Part shown: positions 1-10,289 of the stretch, in pieces
How the letters are laid out: each line of letters begins with the position of its first letter
Position numbering within the stretch: the stretch's first letter is position 1
Origin: Synechococcus sp. UW140
GTDB lineage: Bacteria; Cyanobacteriota; Cyanobacteriia; PCC-6307; Cyanobiaceae
Length of the DNA: 64,000 nt
Direction of reading: 5' to 3'
Assembly: GCA_945877115.1 (NCBI GenBank)
Contig: CAMCQR010000002.1
Location: forward strand, 148 to 64,147
Made by a program: the position numbers and the translations under genes
The notes under the pieces: generated by a model
What the model was told of the DNA's origin: nothing
Database searches by the model: none
The model's input: the letters and a program-made list of their open reading frames with translations, nothing else

Positions 1-687
1 CCACAGGCACTTAGTTTCTTGATCAATTACTCGCGAGCAGATTATACTTTGTTAATTCATTCAGACGTAATACTTATCGACTCTCGTTGGCCATCACTAT
101 GCATAGAGAAGATCAATGGTTCAGTTGTGCTGGTATCACCCGAGGATATTGGTTGTGGTCCGATGACTCGACCGTTTGGGCTTAATATGCCTGAGAGTTC
201 ATTTATGTTTTTTGATACTAAACGAATCAAAAAATGTCGTCATTTAAAAATTTTCCCAACCCGCAACAGGCCATTTCCCTACTATGAATTCGACTTTAAT
301 GGAAATCATGTAACGCATAATATTCCGGCAACTTTGTCAAGACATGGATTCCGATGGTTTGCGATGAATGTCCTAACATCTAATCTCGTTCATGAACCCC
401 TGTTCCAGCCTTCTAATCCCCCGGCAGTTTGGTCCGATGAATTAGCTTACTTGCGCTATGGTCTCGGAAATTTCTATAGCATTGATGGCGTTATTACCCA
501 TTATCATAATTGGTATGATCGGATTGCCACTATTTCCCAACCAGACCCAGGTACTATTGAGAGTAAAAAAGATTTTCCCGCTGAGTTTATTTATGACTAT
601 ACCCATCGCTTTTTATCTGATTATCGGGAAAACAAACTTGATGTGCCTATTGACTTGAATATCAGACGTCCACCCAAGGCCCTTTGA
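1..687 (+). CDS. Glycosyltransferase family 2-like protein, 5'-truncated by window edge
   Basis: Frame 1 is open from base 1 (PQALSFLINYSR...). TLLIHSDVIL is a DxD-like motif; the gene is first in a GT operon. Confidence 0.6.
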   Translation, partial: PQALSFLINYSRADYTLLIHSDVILIDSRWPSLCIEKINGSVVLVSPEDIGCGPMTRPFGLNMPESSFMFFDTKRIKKCRHLKIFPTRNRPFPYYEFDFNGNHVTHNIPATLSRHGFRWFAMNVLTSNLVHEPLFQPSNPPAVWSDELAYLRYGLGNFYSIDGVITHYHNWYDRIATISQPDPGTIESKKDFPAEFIYDYTHRFLSDYRENKLDVPIDLNIRRPPKAL

Positions 688-740
688 GTGATTAATATTT
701 CTGGCTTCATGATTTTCTCGAAAACCATTCATTTGACTTA

Positions 741-1844
741 ATGACTATGTCAACCAAGCGGGCTGCACACTTCCTATTAATTCCTGAATTATTGTATTCG
801 CCTCCTAATAGGGCCATTATTGAGGCGCTATTGGCTACTGGTTATGAGGTTCATGTCTTTTCACCAAACTTGACCGCTTCTCGAACGGAATATGGCCCAA
901 ATGTTATTACCCATAAAGCTATTTATTCTTTTCGGTGGATTGCCAAAGCCCTACTCCAACCTTTTTGGTGGAGTGTCCATTGCATCTCGGGAACCAGTGA
1001 AGAACCTTTGGCTGTCGTAGGCCTACTATCTTTTATACTGCGGAAAAATTCATTTATATTGGCTGATGAGATCAAGGCTGGTAGTTATAGGGGAAATAGT
1101 TCGGAGCGATGGAAAAACTTATGTCGCTGGGCCATGCAACAGGCAAAATTTAATATTGTCAATGATCAAACACGGGTTTCACTGCTTCGTGATTATGTGC
1201 CCTTGCCATCTCATGCCCAAATTATTGTATATCCGGGCTGTTTCCATCAGCCTCCAAAACCTTCTGTCGATGATCGAAAAGACCTTCGTCAACAATGGAA
1301 TATTCCGGATCAAGCCCTTGTAGTGGCTTCATCGGGTGGATTTAATTTGACGGCAGGTGCTGATTGGTTGATTAAAGCAATTCAAGATCGACCTGAACTT
1401 TATGCTGTCATTCAGCCGTTGGGGGTGGACCCACTAGCCTTATTTCTATTAGAAAATCTTCCTTCTAAAGACCGTGTTTATTTACAACGTGATCGACTCA
1501 GTTGGAACGAGGCCTGGCGCTCGGCTGTTGGCTTCGATATTGGCTTGGCCATATATACTAATCAAGCACCGCAATTCCAAAAAATGGGAATTAGCTCGAA
1601 CCGCTTATGTATGTTTATTGCCATGGGCGTTCCGATTATATGTAGCAAGCAGGAGAGTTTCTCTTTTGTAGATCGTTATGAGTGCGGGGTAATTGTTTCT
1701 GATTATGCAGAGTTTCTAGCCGCTATCTCATACATTTCTTCCAACCTCATCCAGATGCGTGAGAATTGCGGACGTTGCTTTAATGATTATATTATGCCTG
1801 CTGATCGATTCCCGAGGCTAAGAGGAGCCATTAAATCCATCTAG
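741..1844 (+). CDS. GT-B fold (GT4-like) glycosyltransferase
   Basis: C-terminal DIGLAIY...SSNRLCMFIAMGVPII resembles the GT4 SPNKLFEYMAAGLPVI signature. Confidence 0.65.
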   Translation: MTMSTKRAAHFLLIPELLYSPPNRAIIEALLATGYEVHVFSPNLTASRTEYGPNVITHKAIYSFRWIAKALLQPFWWSVHCISGTSEEPLAVVGLLSFILRKNSFILADEIKAGSYRGNSSERWKNLCRWAMQQAKFNIVNDQTRVSLLRDYVPLPSHAQIIVYPGCFHQPPKPSVDDRKDLRQQWNIPDQALVVASSGGFNLTAGADWLIKAIQDRPELYAVIQPLGVDPLALFLLENLPSKDRVYLQRDRLSWNEAWRSAVGFDIGLAIYTNQAPQFQKMGISSNRLCMFIAMGVPIICSKQESFSFVDRYECGVIVSDYAEFLAAISYISSNLIQMRENCGRCFNDYIMPADRFPRLRGAIKSI

Positions 1845-1884
1845 ACCCCATGATTAATTCCCTTTATTGTTTTAATTATCTGCT

Positions 1885-2778
1885 ATGACTAAGGCAAATT
1901 TAAATTTTTACCTATATCGCTCGGCTCTCGCTGCAGTTCATGGCGTCAAGCGACTGATCCCTGCAGCACTGATACCCCATCGCCAGGAATTAGGTGGGAA
2001 ATTTGTTATAGGTATTACAACTTATATCGAGAGATATGAACAATATTTTAAGCCACTTTATAAATCTCTCTCCATTCTTTTCCCTGATGTGCCAATTGTC
2101 GTAGCTGTTAATGGTTTTCCGGATCAACAAAAGCAGCAGCAGTATCTTGAGCGGCTCAAATCTGAATTGGCTGATGTTTCCCCTCCGCACCATATATTTA
2201 TACTGCACGATCGTCCCCGTGGCTTGACAACGCTATGGAATGAAATGCTTCAGGCGGCTGATCATAGACCTCTTTGGATTCTTAATGACGACCTAAGAGT
2301 TGATGCTTGGCTTAGGCGTTGGGCTGAAAAGTTTGACTGGAACGGTGCTCAGCTTACTCTTTTGAATGATACTTGGTCTCATTTCATTATTGCGCCTATG
2401 GTCGTCGCTAAGGCTGGTATTTTTGAGACTTCTTTTCCTGGTATTGGGTTTGAAGATATGGATTACACGGCACGATTGGGTCTTTTGGCGATCGCGATTG
2501 CTAACGTCCCTTGCCCCTATCTGCACCACTGCAACCATCAACCGCAAGCTACTTCGTTCGACGAAGTTTCTGGGCGCACTTGGGGAAAATATACGAGTGC
2601 TAATGAAGATTGCTTTTATCGTCTTTGGGTTCGCACTTCAGATGGGACAGGAGTTTACATTAAACAGATTCGTGACTTTGTGAAACCCATTCAATCTCTT
2701 TCATTTATTTCTTTGGCTTCTTTAAAGCCTCTTGAGATTCGCAAGGGTCTGGCTTTCCCTGATCGCCAGGATTTATGA
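1885..2778 (+). CDS. GT2-like glycosyltransferase
   Basis: VIGITTY N-terminal strand, ILNDD (DxD-like) and FETSFPGIGFEDMDY catalytic-type motif. Confidence 0.7.
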   Translation: MTKANLNFYLYRSALAAVHGVKRLIPAALIPHRQELGGKFVIGITTYIERYEQYFKPLYKSLSILFPDVPIVVAVNGFPDQQKQQQYLERLKSELADVSPPHHIFILHDRPRGLTTLWNEMLQAADHRPLWILNDDLRVDAWLRRWAEKFDWNGAQLTLLNDTWSHFIIAPMVVAKAGIFETSFPGIGFEDMDYTARLGLLAIAIANVPCPYLHHCNHQPQATSFDEVSGRTWGKYTSANEDCFYRLWVRTSDGTGVYIKQIRDFVKPIQSLSFISLASLKPLEIRKGLAFPDRQDL

Positions 2779-4094
2779 AGATCCTCTTTTTTGCCCCCTC
2801 GGCTTACCTCCTTGGTGGAGTTCAGGACTGGCTAGGTGACCTTGTGCCTGGAATCAGGCGAAAGGGTCATGATGTCACAGTTGCCGTACCGGATGGACTT
2901 TATCATCGCTTTGAAGCCTATAGACAGGCTTATCCTGAACTTGCCTGTATTAGTCTGCGAAATCCAACGGGTAGCCAGGAAGGCCGAGTTGAGTCGATTA
3001 TCCATCAGATTCTTTCTATACAGCCCGACTTGATTGTTGGGGTCAATATTGCCTCTGTTTATCCAGCAGTGGCTAGACTGCGTCGCCGTCGGGATTGGCT
3101 CGGGAAATTAATTGTTACACTACATGCCATTGAGGCTGATTATTTTGAAGATCTACGTAAATTTCGCACGATTGTTGACGCCGTTGTTGTCACGAACAAG
3201 CTTACGGCCGCTTTGGTTGCTCAAGAGTCTCTGATGCCGCCAGAAAGAATTTTATATGCTCCTTATGGTGTAAGATTTCCCGCTTACCATCACTCTAGAC
3301 AAGTAACTGATGATGTTTTGCGACTTGCTTGGGTGGGCCGTTTAGAGCAGGCTCAAAAGCGTGTTCATGATCTTGTCGCAATTCTTGGCAGTCTGGATAG
3401 CCTGTTTTTCCCCTATTGCTTATCTCTTGCTGGCGATGGCCCCGACGCGATAAGCATTAAGGAGCGGCTTCAGCCATGGATTAGTTCGGGAAGAGTGTGT
3501 TGGCTAGGGCGCCTTGATCGGCATGACCTACAGTTTCAAGTCTATGATCGAAATGATGTGTTATTGATTACTTCTTGCTGGGAGACGGGTCCGATTGTGG
3601 CATGGGAGGCAATGGCTGCCGGTTTGGTGGTTGTGAGCAGTCGCTATGTGGGCTCGGTAGCTGAAGAGGCCCTTAAAGATGGGCAAACGGCTTTGTTGTT
3701 TCCTGTCGGTGATAGCGAAGCTGCTGCTGCGGCTATTGCCAGACTTCGCGATCCTAACCTGCGATCTTTTTTGGCTAACTCTGCTTTTGAGATGGTTCGC
3801 CGCCGCTACTCCGAGTCCGCTTCCTTGACGTCTTGGCTTGAAGCCTTAGGCACTTGCATGGACCTCCCCCGTCTGCCCGTTGGCGTCGCCGAATCGACTC
3901 GATTGGCTGTTACCACCCCAAGTGGCAGGTTTGATCATTGGCTTGGTGTTGCAAGGGCTGAGCAGCTTCGACGTCTTCTTGGCCTCAATTTTCGCCATCT
4001 TTCAGCGGGCAGCGAATGGCCCCATTCAATGAATGGATCCTCCGACAATGGCCATCTGCTCGCCAAGGCCACTCGGCTTGAAACCGATGCGTGA
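2775..4094 (+). CDS. Glycosyltransferase family 4
   Basis: WVGRLEQAQKRVHDL and TSCWETGPIVAWEAMAAG motifs; ATGA overlap with the upstream gene. Confidence 0.85.
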   Translation: MKILFFAPSAYLLGGVQDWLGDLVPGIRRKGHDVTVAVPDGLYHRFEAYRQAYPELACISLRNPTGSQEGRVESIIHQILSIQPDLIVGVNIASVYPAVARLRRRRDWLGKLIVTLHAIEADYFEDLRKFRTIVDAVVVTNKLTAALVAQESLMPPERILYAPYGVRFPAYHHSRQVTDDVLRLAWVGRLEQAQKRVHDLVAILGSLDSLFFPYCLSLAGDGPDAISIKERLQPWISSGRVCWLGRLDRHDLQFQVYDRNDVLLITSCWETGPIVAWEAMAAGLVVVSSRYVGSVAEEALKDGQTALLFPVGDSEAAAAAIARLRDPNLRSFLANSAFEMVRRRYSESASLTSWLEALGTCMDLPRLPVGVAESTRLAVTTPSGRFDHWLGVARAEQLRRLLGLNFRHLSAGSEWPHSMNGSSDNGHLLAKATRLETDA

Positions 4095-5094
4095 GCAACT
4101 TGGTGTCTGGTTGAAGGACCGCTGGCGCTACGAGAGGGCCCTGCGCAGCCCATCCCCTGGGTATCTTTCTCTGTCCAATCGCTTTGAGAGCCTGGAAAGA
4201 GCCCCGGATGGTACTGGTTTCTCCTGCCGTTGGACCTTTACTTCCAAGTTGCATGCCCCCGGGATTCAACCCCATCTTGGCCAGCGGTTGATACGTCGTT
4301 GCCTTGAGAATGCCCCGATCAGGTCTATTCCGTCCCGACCAGTTTCCCCAGCTCCCCCTGATATCAGCGTTTTGATTGGGCATCGTGGTCGTGAGAGACT
4401 GCCCCTGCTGTTGGCGACCTTGGATAGCCTGGCGGCCCAGCAGGATGTCCACCTTGAGTGTCTTGTGATCGAGCAATCGGCCGTCTCTGAGATCGTTAAC
4501 GATTTGCCTGACTGGGTCCGCCATGTGTTGGCCCCATTGGCTGAGCCTTCAGCCCCGTACAACAGATCCCAGACTTTCAATGTCGGCGCTCGCGAGGCCC
4601 AGGGTGGAACCTTGTTGTTACATGACAACGACATGCTTGTTCCAGCTGGTTATTGCCGTCGCATTCTCGAACGCCGAGCAAGGGGTTATGAAGTGATAAA
4701 CCCTAAGCGTTATATCTTTTATCTTACTGAGGAACATAGTAAAGCGGTTCAGTGTGGCCTCGTAGGGTATGATTTTTCCTCTCCTGATTATATTATTCAG
4801 AACCTGGAAGCCGGTGGTAGTATGGCCATAAGTGCTGGGGCATTTGAGGACATCGGAGGAATGGACGAAGGCTTTGTGGGTTGGGGCGGGGAAGACAATG
4901 AATTCTGGGATCGCTGCCTTACGCTTCCCACTTGGATTTGGGGTTATGAGCCAATTGTCCATCTCTGGCACCGTAGTCAACCGCTCAAGGATGACCTAGA
5001 TAACCCAAACATTTCGCGATGTAGAGAAATTATGCAACGCTCCCCTATGGAGAGAATAGAAGCTCTTAAGCTATTGAGGGGGACTCTGCATTGA
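4087..5094 (+). CDS. GT2 / galactosyltransferase-like (Glyco_transf_7C) protein
   Basis: LHDNDML DxD motif and GGMDEGFVGWGGEDNEF motif. The ATG at 4087 (overlapping the upstream stop region) is preferred to the track start at 4033. Confidence 0.8.
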   Translation: MREQLGVWLKDRWRYERALRSPSPGYLSLSNRFESLERAPDGTGFSCRWTFTSKLHAPGIQPHLGQRLIRRCLENAPIRSIPSRPVSPAPPDISVLIGHRGRERLPLLLATLDSLAAQQDVHLECLVIEQSAVSEIVNDLPDWVRHVLAPLAEPSAPYNRSQTFNVGAREAQGGTLLLHDNDMLVPAGYCRRILERRARGYEVINPKRYIFYLTEEHSKAVQCGLVGYDFSSPDYIIQNLEAGGSMAISAGAFEDIGGMDEGFVGWGGEDNEFWDRCLTLPTWIWGYEPIVHLWHRSQPLKDDLDNPNISRCREIMQRSPMERIEALKLLRGTLH

Positions 5095-6101
5095 GTAGGC
5101 AACTTGGCCGTGACGCACCCCTAGTGAGTACTGTAATACCCGTATATAACCGGGCTCTGCTTCTGCTCGATTCAGTTGATAGTGTTATAGCCCAGACCTA
5201 CAGACCCATAGAAATTATTCTCGTTGATGATGGCTCAACTGATGACACTCCTGACGTTCTGGCTGATTTGGTTCATCGCTGGCCCGATCTGCTCAGGGTG
5301 GTTCGTCAGGCCAACGCCGGTCCTGGTCCAGCCCGACAAAGGGGCCTTGACTCAGCAAGAGGGGATTTTGTCCAGTTTCTTGACAGTGATGATTTACTCC
5401 TACCTGAAAAGTTCAGTAACCAGGTGGCCGCGCTTCTCGCAAGCCCAAAGGCTCAAATTTGCTATGGCCGTAGTTATGAGGAGGATCATTCTAAGCGTCC
5501 GGTTTGTCGCGAAGGGCCTATGCGCCAAACCGGTCGTGTCCACCGACACCTTTTTCCGATGTTGCTTGTAGAACGTTGGTGGACTACAAGCAGCCCCCTT
5601 TATCGGCGAAGTCTGCTGCAGAGCATTGGCCCTTGGCGAGCTTGGCTCAATGAGGAGGACTGGGAATATGACGCGCGTGCTGGTGCAACAGGGGCCTGCC
5701 TTTGCTGGGTGGACAAAGATGTTTCCGTTAGGCGTATCCATCTAGCTTCCGAACATCTCAGTACGGGGGGCACGGTGGATCCCCTCAAACTGCTCCACCG
5801 CGCAGCCGCCCGCCAATCTATTTTTCTATCGGCGATGGCGGCCGGTATGGATACAAATAGACCAGAAATGGCTCATTTTGCCCGCTCTGCATTTCTACTA
5901 AGTCGCCAATGTGGCTTGGCTGGTTTAGAGACCGCCTCCAGGGAACTTTTTGCATTGGCCAGGCGGGCATCGACTCCTTTGCGTCGATTTGGTCCCGACT
6001 ATCTGCTTTATGGCATCCTTGGGAGTCTTTTGGGTTGGTCTAGTACGGCACGACTAATCCTTTCGGTTTACAGATTGTTGCTACGACGGCGGGGGAGCTG
6101 A
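5091..6101 (+). CDS. Glycosyltransferase family 2
   Basis: LVSTVIPVYNR, VDDGSTDDT, QFLDSDDLL and EDWEY motifs. Confidence 0.9.
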   Translation: MSRQLGRDAPLVSTVIPVYNRALLLLDSVDSVIAQTYRPIEIILVDDGSTDDTPDVLADLVHRWPDLLRVVRQANAGPGPARQRGLDSARGDFVQFLDSDDLLLPEKFSNQVAALLASPKAQICYGRSYEEDHSKRPVCREGPMRQTGRVHRHLFPMLLVERWWTTSSPLYRRSLLQSIGPWRAWLNEEDWEYDARAGATGACLCWVDKDVSVRRIHLASEHLSTGGTVDPLKLLHRAAARQSIFLSAMAAGMDTNRPEMAHFARSAFLLSRQCGLAGLETASRELFALARRASTPLRRFGPDYLLYGILGSLLGWSSTARLILSVYRLLLRRRGS

Positions 6102-7018
6102 TGGTTGAATCCCCCTTGGTTTCTGTAGTCATGGGCGTTCGTAATGGCGGACCTGACCTTGTTGAAACGCTGGAGTCTTTGACCACCCAGCAGGGTGTGG
6201 CCTTGGAAATCATCATCGTCAATGACGGTTCCACCGATGGCACGGCCGAGCTGTTGGCTGAATGGTCCACTCGCGATCCAAGGCTGGTTGTGCTCAAGCG
6301 ATCTGGGCGGGGGCTGACCGCTTCTTTGATCGAAGGCTGTCAGTTGGCTCGGGGGACCTATCTGGCCCGTCAGGACGCTGGGGACCGCTCACTACCAGGC
6401 CGACTTGCCGCCCAGGTTTCCTGTCTTGAAAGTGATTCTGGGGCGTCATTGTGTTCTACTTTTGTGCGTCTGCTGGTACCGGAGGGTGCAACGCTCACGG
6501 TTAATACACCCGACGAGGCCTCCCTGGCTGACGGTCTAACCGGGCCGGCTCACCATGGTGCTGTAATGATGCGTCGAAGTGCCTATCAGCAGGCAGGGGG
6601 TTATCGCCTCGCTTTTCATTATGCCCAAGACATCGATCTTTGGACCAGGCTTGTCGAGTTAGGCCACCATCGGGTTGTACCGCATATTTTTTATGAAGCC
6701 ACCGTGGCCCCTGGTTCGATCAGCGGTTCACGTCGTAAAGAACAAGAACAGTTTCATTCCTATATCGTTAGTCTCACCCACGCCCGTCGTCATGGTTTGC
6801 CGGAGGCATCGTGGTTGGTTAAGGCCGAGGCCCTTTCGGTACGCTGCAGAAACGCTCCCACCCAAGGAAGGCGGCAAGGGGCGGCGAATGGCGCTTACTT
6901 TATCGCCGCTTGCCTTGAAAAGGATCATCCCCAACTAGCTGCTAAGTATTTCAGGCAAGCCATTGACCTCAATCCTCTGCATATGAAGGCCCGTTTCAAA
7001 CTCTCCCGTCTACGATGA
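6101..7018 (+). CDS. Glycosyltransferase family 2
   Basis: LVSVVMGVRNG, VNDGSTDGT, RQDAGD and AQDIDLW motifs. Confidence 0.9.
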   Translation: MVESPLVSVVMGVRNGGPDLVETLESLTTQQGVALEIIIVNDGSTDGTAELLAEWSTRDPRLVVLKRSGRGLTASLIEGCQLARGTYLARQDAGDRSLPGRLAAQVSCLESDSGASLCSTFVRLLVPEGATLTVNTPDEASLADGLTGPAHHGAVMMRRSAYQQAGGYRLAFHYAQDIDLWTRLVELGHHRVVPHIFYEATVAPGSISGSRRKEQEQFHSYIVSLTHARRHGLPEASWLVKAEALSVRCRNAPTQGRRQGAANGAYFIAACLEKDHPQLAAKYFRQAIDLNPLHMKARFKLSRLR

Positions 7019-9090
7019 ACCTTACCGTTGCTATACCCAGTTATGGCCGAAATCAGGTTCTGGTAGAAACGATCGAAGCCCTTCTGTGCCTTGATCCCCC
7101 ACCTCACGATTTGCTTCTGGTGGATCAGACCCCTAACCACGATCTAGCGACTGAAGCGGCTTTAGGGGCTTGGCAGCAGCAGGGAAGGCTGCGGTGGTTA
7201 AGGTTGCTGCGGCCCTCTATCACCGTGGCCATGAATGTGGCTCTTGAGCAGGCTCTTGGCGAGAGGGTGCTGTTCCTTGATGATGACATTATTCCTGATT
7301 CCAATCTGCTGAAGGCCCATGTTGAGGCTGGTCAGGGAACACCCAAGGCGTTATTGGCTGGAAGGGTCATTCAGCCTTGGCATACGGATGGACCGGATCC
7401 GGAAGATAAGCAGCCGTTCACTTTCAACACACTTCTGCCGCGTGAGTGTCTCGATTTTATTGGATGCAATTTTTCTGTGCCTCGAAATCTTGCTTTATCG
7501 TTGGGTGGATTTGATGACAATTTTGTGCGTGTTGCCTATCGCTATGAGGCTGAATTTGCCTTCCGTTGGCGTCAGGCGGGTTATCCTGTGCGCTATGAGC
7601 CTGTTGCATTGATTCGCCATCTGAAAACGGAACGCGGTGGTACACGCAGTTACGGCGAACATCTGGTCACGATCAAGCCCGACCATTCCGTCGGTCGTTA
7701 TTACTATCGGCTGCGCACCCAGGCCCTCGTGCCTGCCCTGGCAGGTTCACTGGCCGATCTTGGGCGTTCGGTTCGGACCCGTCACCATCTTCGCCATCCC
7801 TGGTGGATGCCCCTGACCCTGTTGGCCGAGATTCGCGGCCTGTTCTGGGCCATGAGACTTCACTCCAGCGGGCCAGCTCTGCTGCCTTCAGCGCGCACCC
7901 GTCTTCTGATTGGCAGCAGCCACCCGATTCAATACCACTCCCCTCTGTTCCGGCAGCTCAGTGAGGATCCCGCCATCGATCCCGATGTGCTTTATCTCAC
8001 CTTGCCTTCGGCTGAAACCCAAGGGTTGGGTTTCGGCAAAGCCTTTACCTGGGATGTTCCGCTGCTAGAGGGATATCGCTGGCATGTTTCAACCAGTGGC
8101 CGTGGTCTGGGCATCACCAGTGGCTACCGCGGCGTTTGGCTCCGTCATCCCGGCAGAGAATTGGGCTGGGGCATCCGCAGCGAACGTCCTGCAGCCCTGC
8201 TGTTGACGGGTTGGCATTTTTTCGGCCTAGTCCAGTTGTTCGTGGCAGCCAAATTGAGGCGAATCCCAGTGTTGTTAAGGATGGACTCCAATGATTTTCG
8301 TCCCCGATCTTGGATCCTTGATTTAATCTATCGTGTACTTTTCATGGGTGTTGATGTGGTACTGACGGTGGGTACCGCCAATGCGCGTTGGTGCCGCAAT
8401 AATGGAATTCCGTCGACGCGAATGGTTTCATCACCTCATTTTATTGACAACGACTATTTTTCTGAAAAGACTGCCACATTTCGTTCCCAAAGGCAGGAAT
8501 TACGAGACCGATGGCGCATACCTGGAGATTCATTCTGTTTCCTGTTTGCGGGTAAATTGCAGCCTAAGAAGCGACCTCAGGACCTCCTAGAGGCTTTTGC
8601 CTTGGTTCAGACTCAAATCAAGAGATCTGTACCACCTGTACATCTTTTGATCGTTGGTACCGGTGAGATGGAGGCCAGTTGTCGTAGTCAAGTTGAAGCG
8701 CTGCAATTGCCAATCACCTTTGTGGGCTTTCTCAATCAATCCGAGATACCTGCCGCTTACGCCGTTAGTGATTGCCTTGTGCTTCCATCAGACCATGGGG
8801 AGAGCTGGGGGCTTGTTGTGAATGAGGCGATGGTCTGTGGGCTTCCAGCAATCGTTAGTGATCTTGTCGGCTGTGCCGAGGATCTTGTTCATCCGGGGTT
8901 GACTGGAGATGTCGTCCCATGTGCTAATCCGGCGGCCCTGGCCCAAAGTATGATTTCGATGGCCGCAAATCCAGAGCGGGCGGCTCGTATGGGGGAAAAA
9001 GCTCGCGAATTAATTCTTAGCCAGTACACCATCGATGCGGCTGCGGATGGCATTCGCAAGGGACTCTTGCTGTTGAGAGCCAGGCGATGA
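7015..9090 (+). CDS. Bifunctional GT2-GT4 fusion glycosyltransferase
   Basis: N-half has VAIPSYGR, LFLDDDII and GGFDDNF (GT2). C-half has HPIQYHSP, FAGKLQPKKRP and LPSDHGESWGLVVNEAM (GT4). Single 691-aa ORF. Confidence 0.85.
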   Translation: MNLTVAIPSYGRNQVLVETIEALLCLDPPPHDLLLVDQTPNHDLATEAALGAWQQQGRLRWLRLLRPSITVAMNVALEQALGERVLFLDDDIIPDSNLLKAHVEAGQGTPKALLAGRVIQPWHTDGPDPEDKQPFTFNTLLPRECLDFIGCNFSVPRNLALSLGGFDDNFVRVAYRYEAEFAFRWRQAGYPVRYEPVALIRHLKTERGGTRSYGEHLVTIKPDHSVGRYYYRLRTQALVPALAGSLADLGRSVRTRHHLRHPWWMPLTLLAEIRGLFWAMRLHSSGPALLPSARTRLLIGSSHPIQYHSPLFRQLSEDPAIDPDVLYLTLPSAETQGLGFGKAFTWDVPLLEGYRWHVSTSGRGLGITSGYRGVWLRHPGRELGWGIRSERPAALLLTGWHFFGLVQLFVAAKLRRIPVLLRMDSNDFRPRSWILDLIYRVLFMGVDVVLTVGTANARWCRNNGIPSTRMVSSPHFIDNDYFSEKTATFRSQRQELRDRWRIPGDSFCFLFAGKLQPKKRPQDLLEAFALVQTQIKRSVPPVHLLIVGTGEMEASCRSQVEALQLPITFVGFLNQSEIPAAYAVSDCLVLPSDHGESWGLVVNEAMVCGLPAIVSDLVGCAEDLVHPGLTGDVVPCANPAALAQSMISMAANPERAARMGEKARELILSQYTIDAAADGIRKGLLLLRARR

Positions 9091-10289
9091 CCTTGTCGAC
9101 CTTTGGCCCCCAGGCTTTGAAAGTCCTCCATGTTATTCCCTCGATCAGTCCCCGCCGGGGTGGACCAAGTCAGGCAGCAATCGAGATGGTGAACGCCCTG
9201 CGGTTGAGCCAGGTCGACGCATCCATTTTGACAACCAATGATGATTGCGAGTCCTTGATGACTGATTTGCCTACGGGAAGTTGGACGACTTATTCTGGCG
9301 TGCCAGTTCTGGCCTTTCCGCGTTGGAGTCCACCCATGGCGGCCTTGAGGGAATTTGCCTTTAGTCCTGGCCTAAATCAGTGGCTCCATAAAAACATAAT
9401 TAATTTTGATCTCCTCCATGTTCATGCCCTGTTTTCGTTCCCTTCGACAGTGGCCATGGTGCATTCACGTCGGGCCCGAGTCCCCTATCTGCTAAGGACG
9501 ATCGGTCAACTCAGCCCTTGGAGCCTAGCTCAAAGCAAAGAGCGTAAACAATTGATGCTGCGTTTAGTTGAAAGGGGTAATATCGACTCAGCTCGATATT
9601 TGCATTTTACGACTACTCTAGAGCGGGATGAATGTTTCGCTGCTTTGCATCAGTCTTTCCCTTCTCTCGTACTCCCCCTCGGCGTGCGCTTACCTTCCCT
9701 TAGGCTAGGGGGAAGGCCGAAAGAAAAGGATCTTCACCTTTTATTCCTCTCTAGACTCCACCCCAAAAAGCAACTGGAAGTGCTACTAAAGGCTCTGGCC
9801 CTGTTTCAGCAAGCTTCCCCTCAATGCGATTGGCAGCTTGACATCGCCGGATCTGGTGAGCCTGCGTACCTTGCCAGCCTTAAGAAGTTGGCCAGTCAGC
9901 TTAGCCTGGATCAGCGATGTCGTTGGTTGGGCCATGTCCAAGGCGATGCAAAAACTTCGTTATTGCAGCAGGCCGATTGGTTTCTGCTGCCATCAGCAGC
10001 CGAAAATTTTGGTATCGCTGTCGTTGAAGCCTTGGCGGCAGGTACACCTGTGATCGTCTCCCCCCAAGTGGCTGTTGCCGAGTTGATTGCGGACGTCGGA
10101 GCCGGCTTAGTCTGTCCAAGCGATCCTGCGGCCCTATGCCAGGTTCTTCTCGGCCACCGCCAGGGCCCCAGTTCAGCCATGAGGCTGGCAGCAAGGTCCC
10201 TGGCGGAAACAAAATTTTCCTGGATTTGTGTCGCAGATCAATTAGCAACAACCTATCGCCAGATACTTCATCCCCCTTTCGTACGATGA
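9087..10289 (+). CDS. Glycosyltransferase family 4
   Basis: VLHVIPSISPRRGGPS, FLSRLHPKKQLE and LPSAAENFGIAVVEALAAG motifs. Confidence 0.9.
   Translation: MTLSTFGPQALKVLHVIPSISPRRGGPSQAAIEMVNALRLSQVDASILTTNDDCESLMTDLPTGSWTTYSGVPVLAFPRWSPPMAALREFAFSPGLNQWLHKNIINFDLLHVHALFSFPSTVAMVHSRRARVPYLLRTIGQLSPWSLAQSKERKQLMLRLVERGNIDSARYLHFTTTLERDECFAALHQSFPSLVLPLGVRLPSLRLGGRPKEKDLHLLFLSRLHPKKQLEVLLKALALFQQASPQCDWQLDIAGSGEPAYLASLKKLASQLSLDQRCRWLGHVQGDAKTSLLQQADWFLLPSAAENFGIAVVEALAAGTPVIVSPQVAVAELIADVGAGLVCPSDPAALCQVLLGHRQGPSSAMRLAARSLAETKFSWICVADQLATTYRQILHPPFVR

Noticed and set aside
2489-2496. HIP1 octamer GCGATCGC and frequent CGATCG cores
   Set aside because: This is a known cyanobacterial genome-wide feature. 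I saw only a few perfect copies and could not compute enrichment.
6040-6101. Hydrophobic plus RRR C-terminus of a GT2 as a possible exosortase tag
   Set aside because: It has no PEP-like motif and no signal peptide; this is a cytoplasmic GT with a probable membrane-binding tail.
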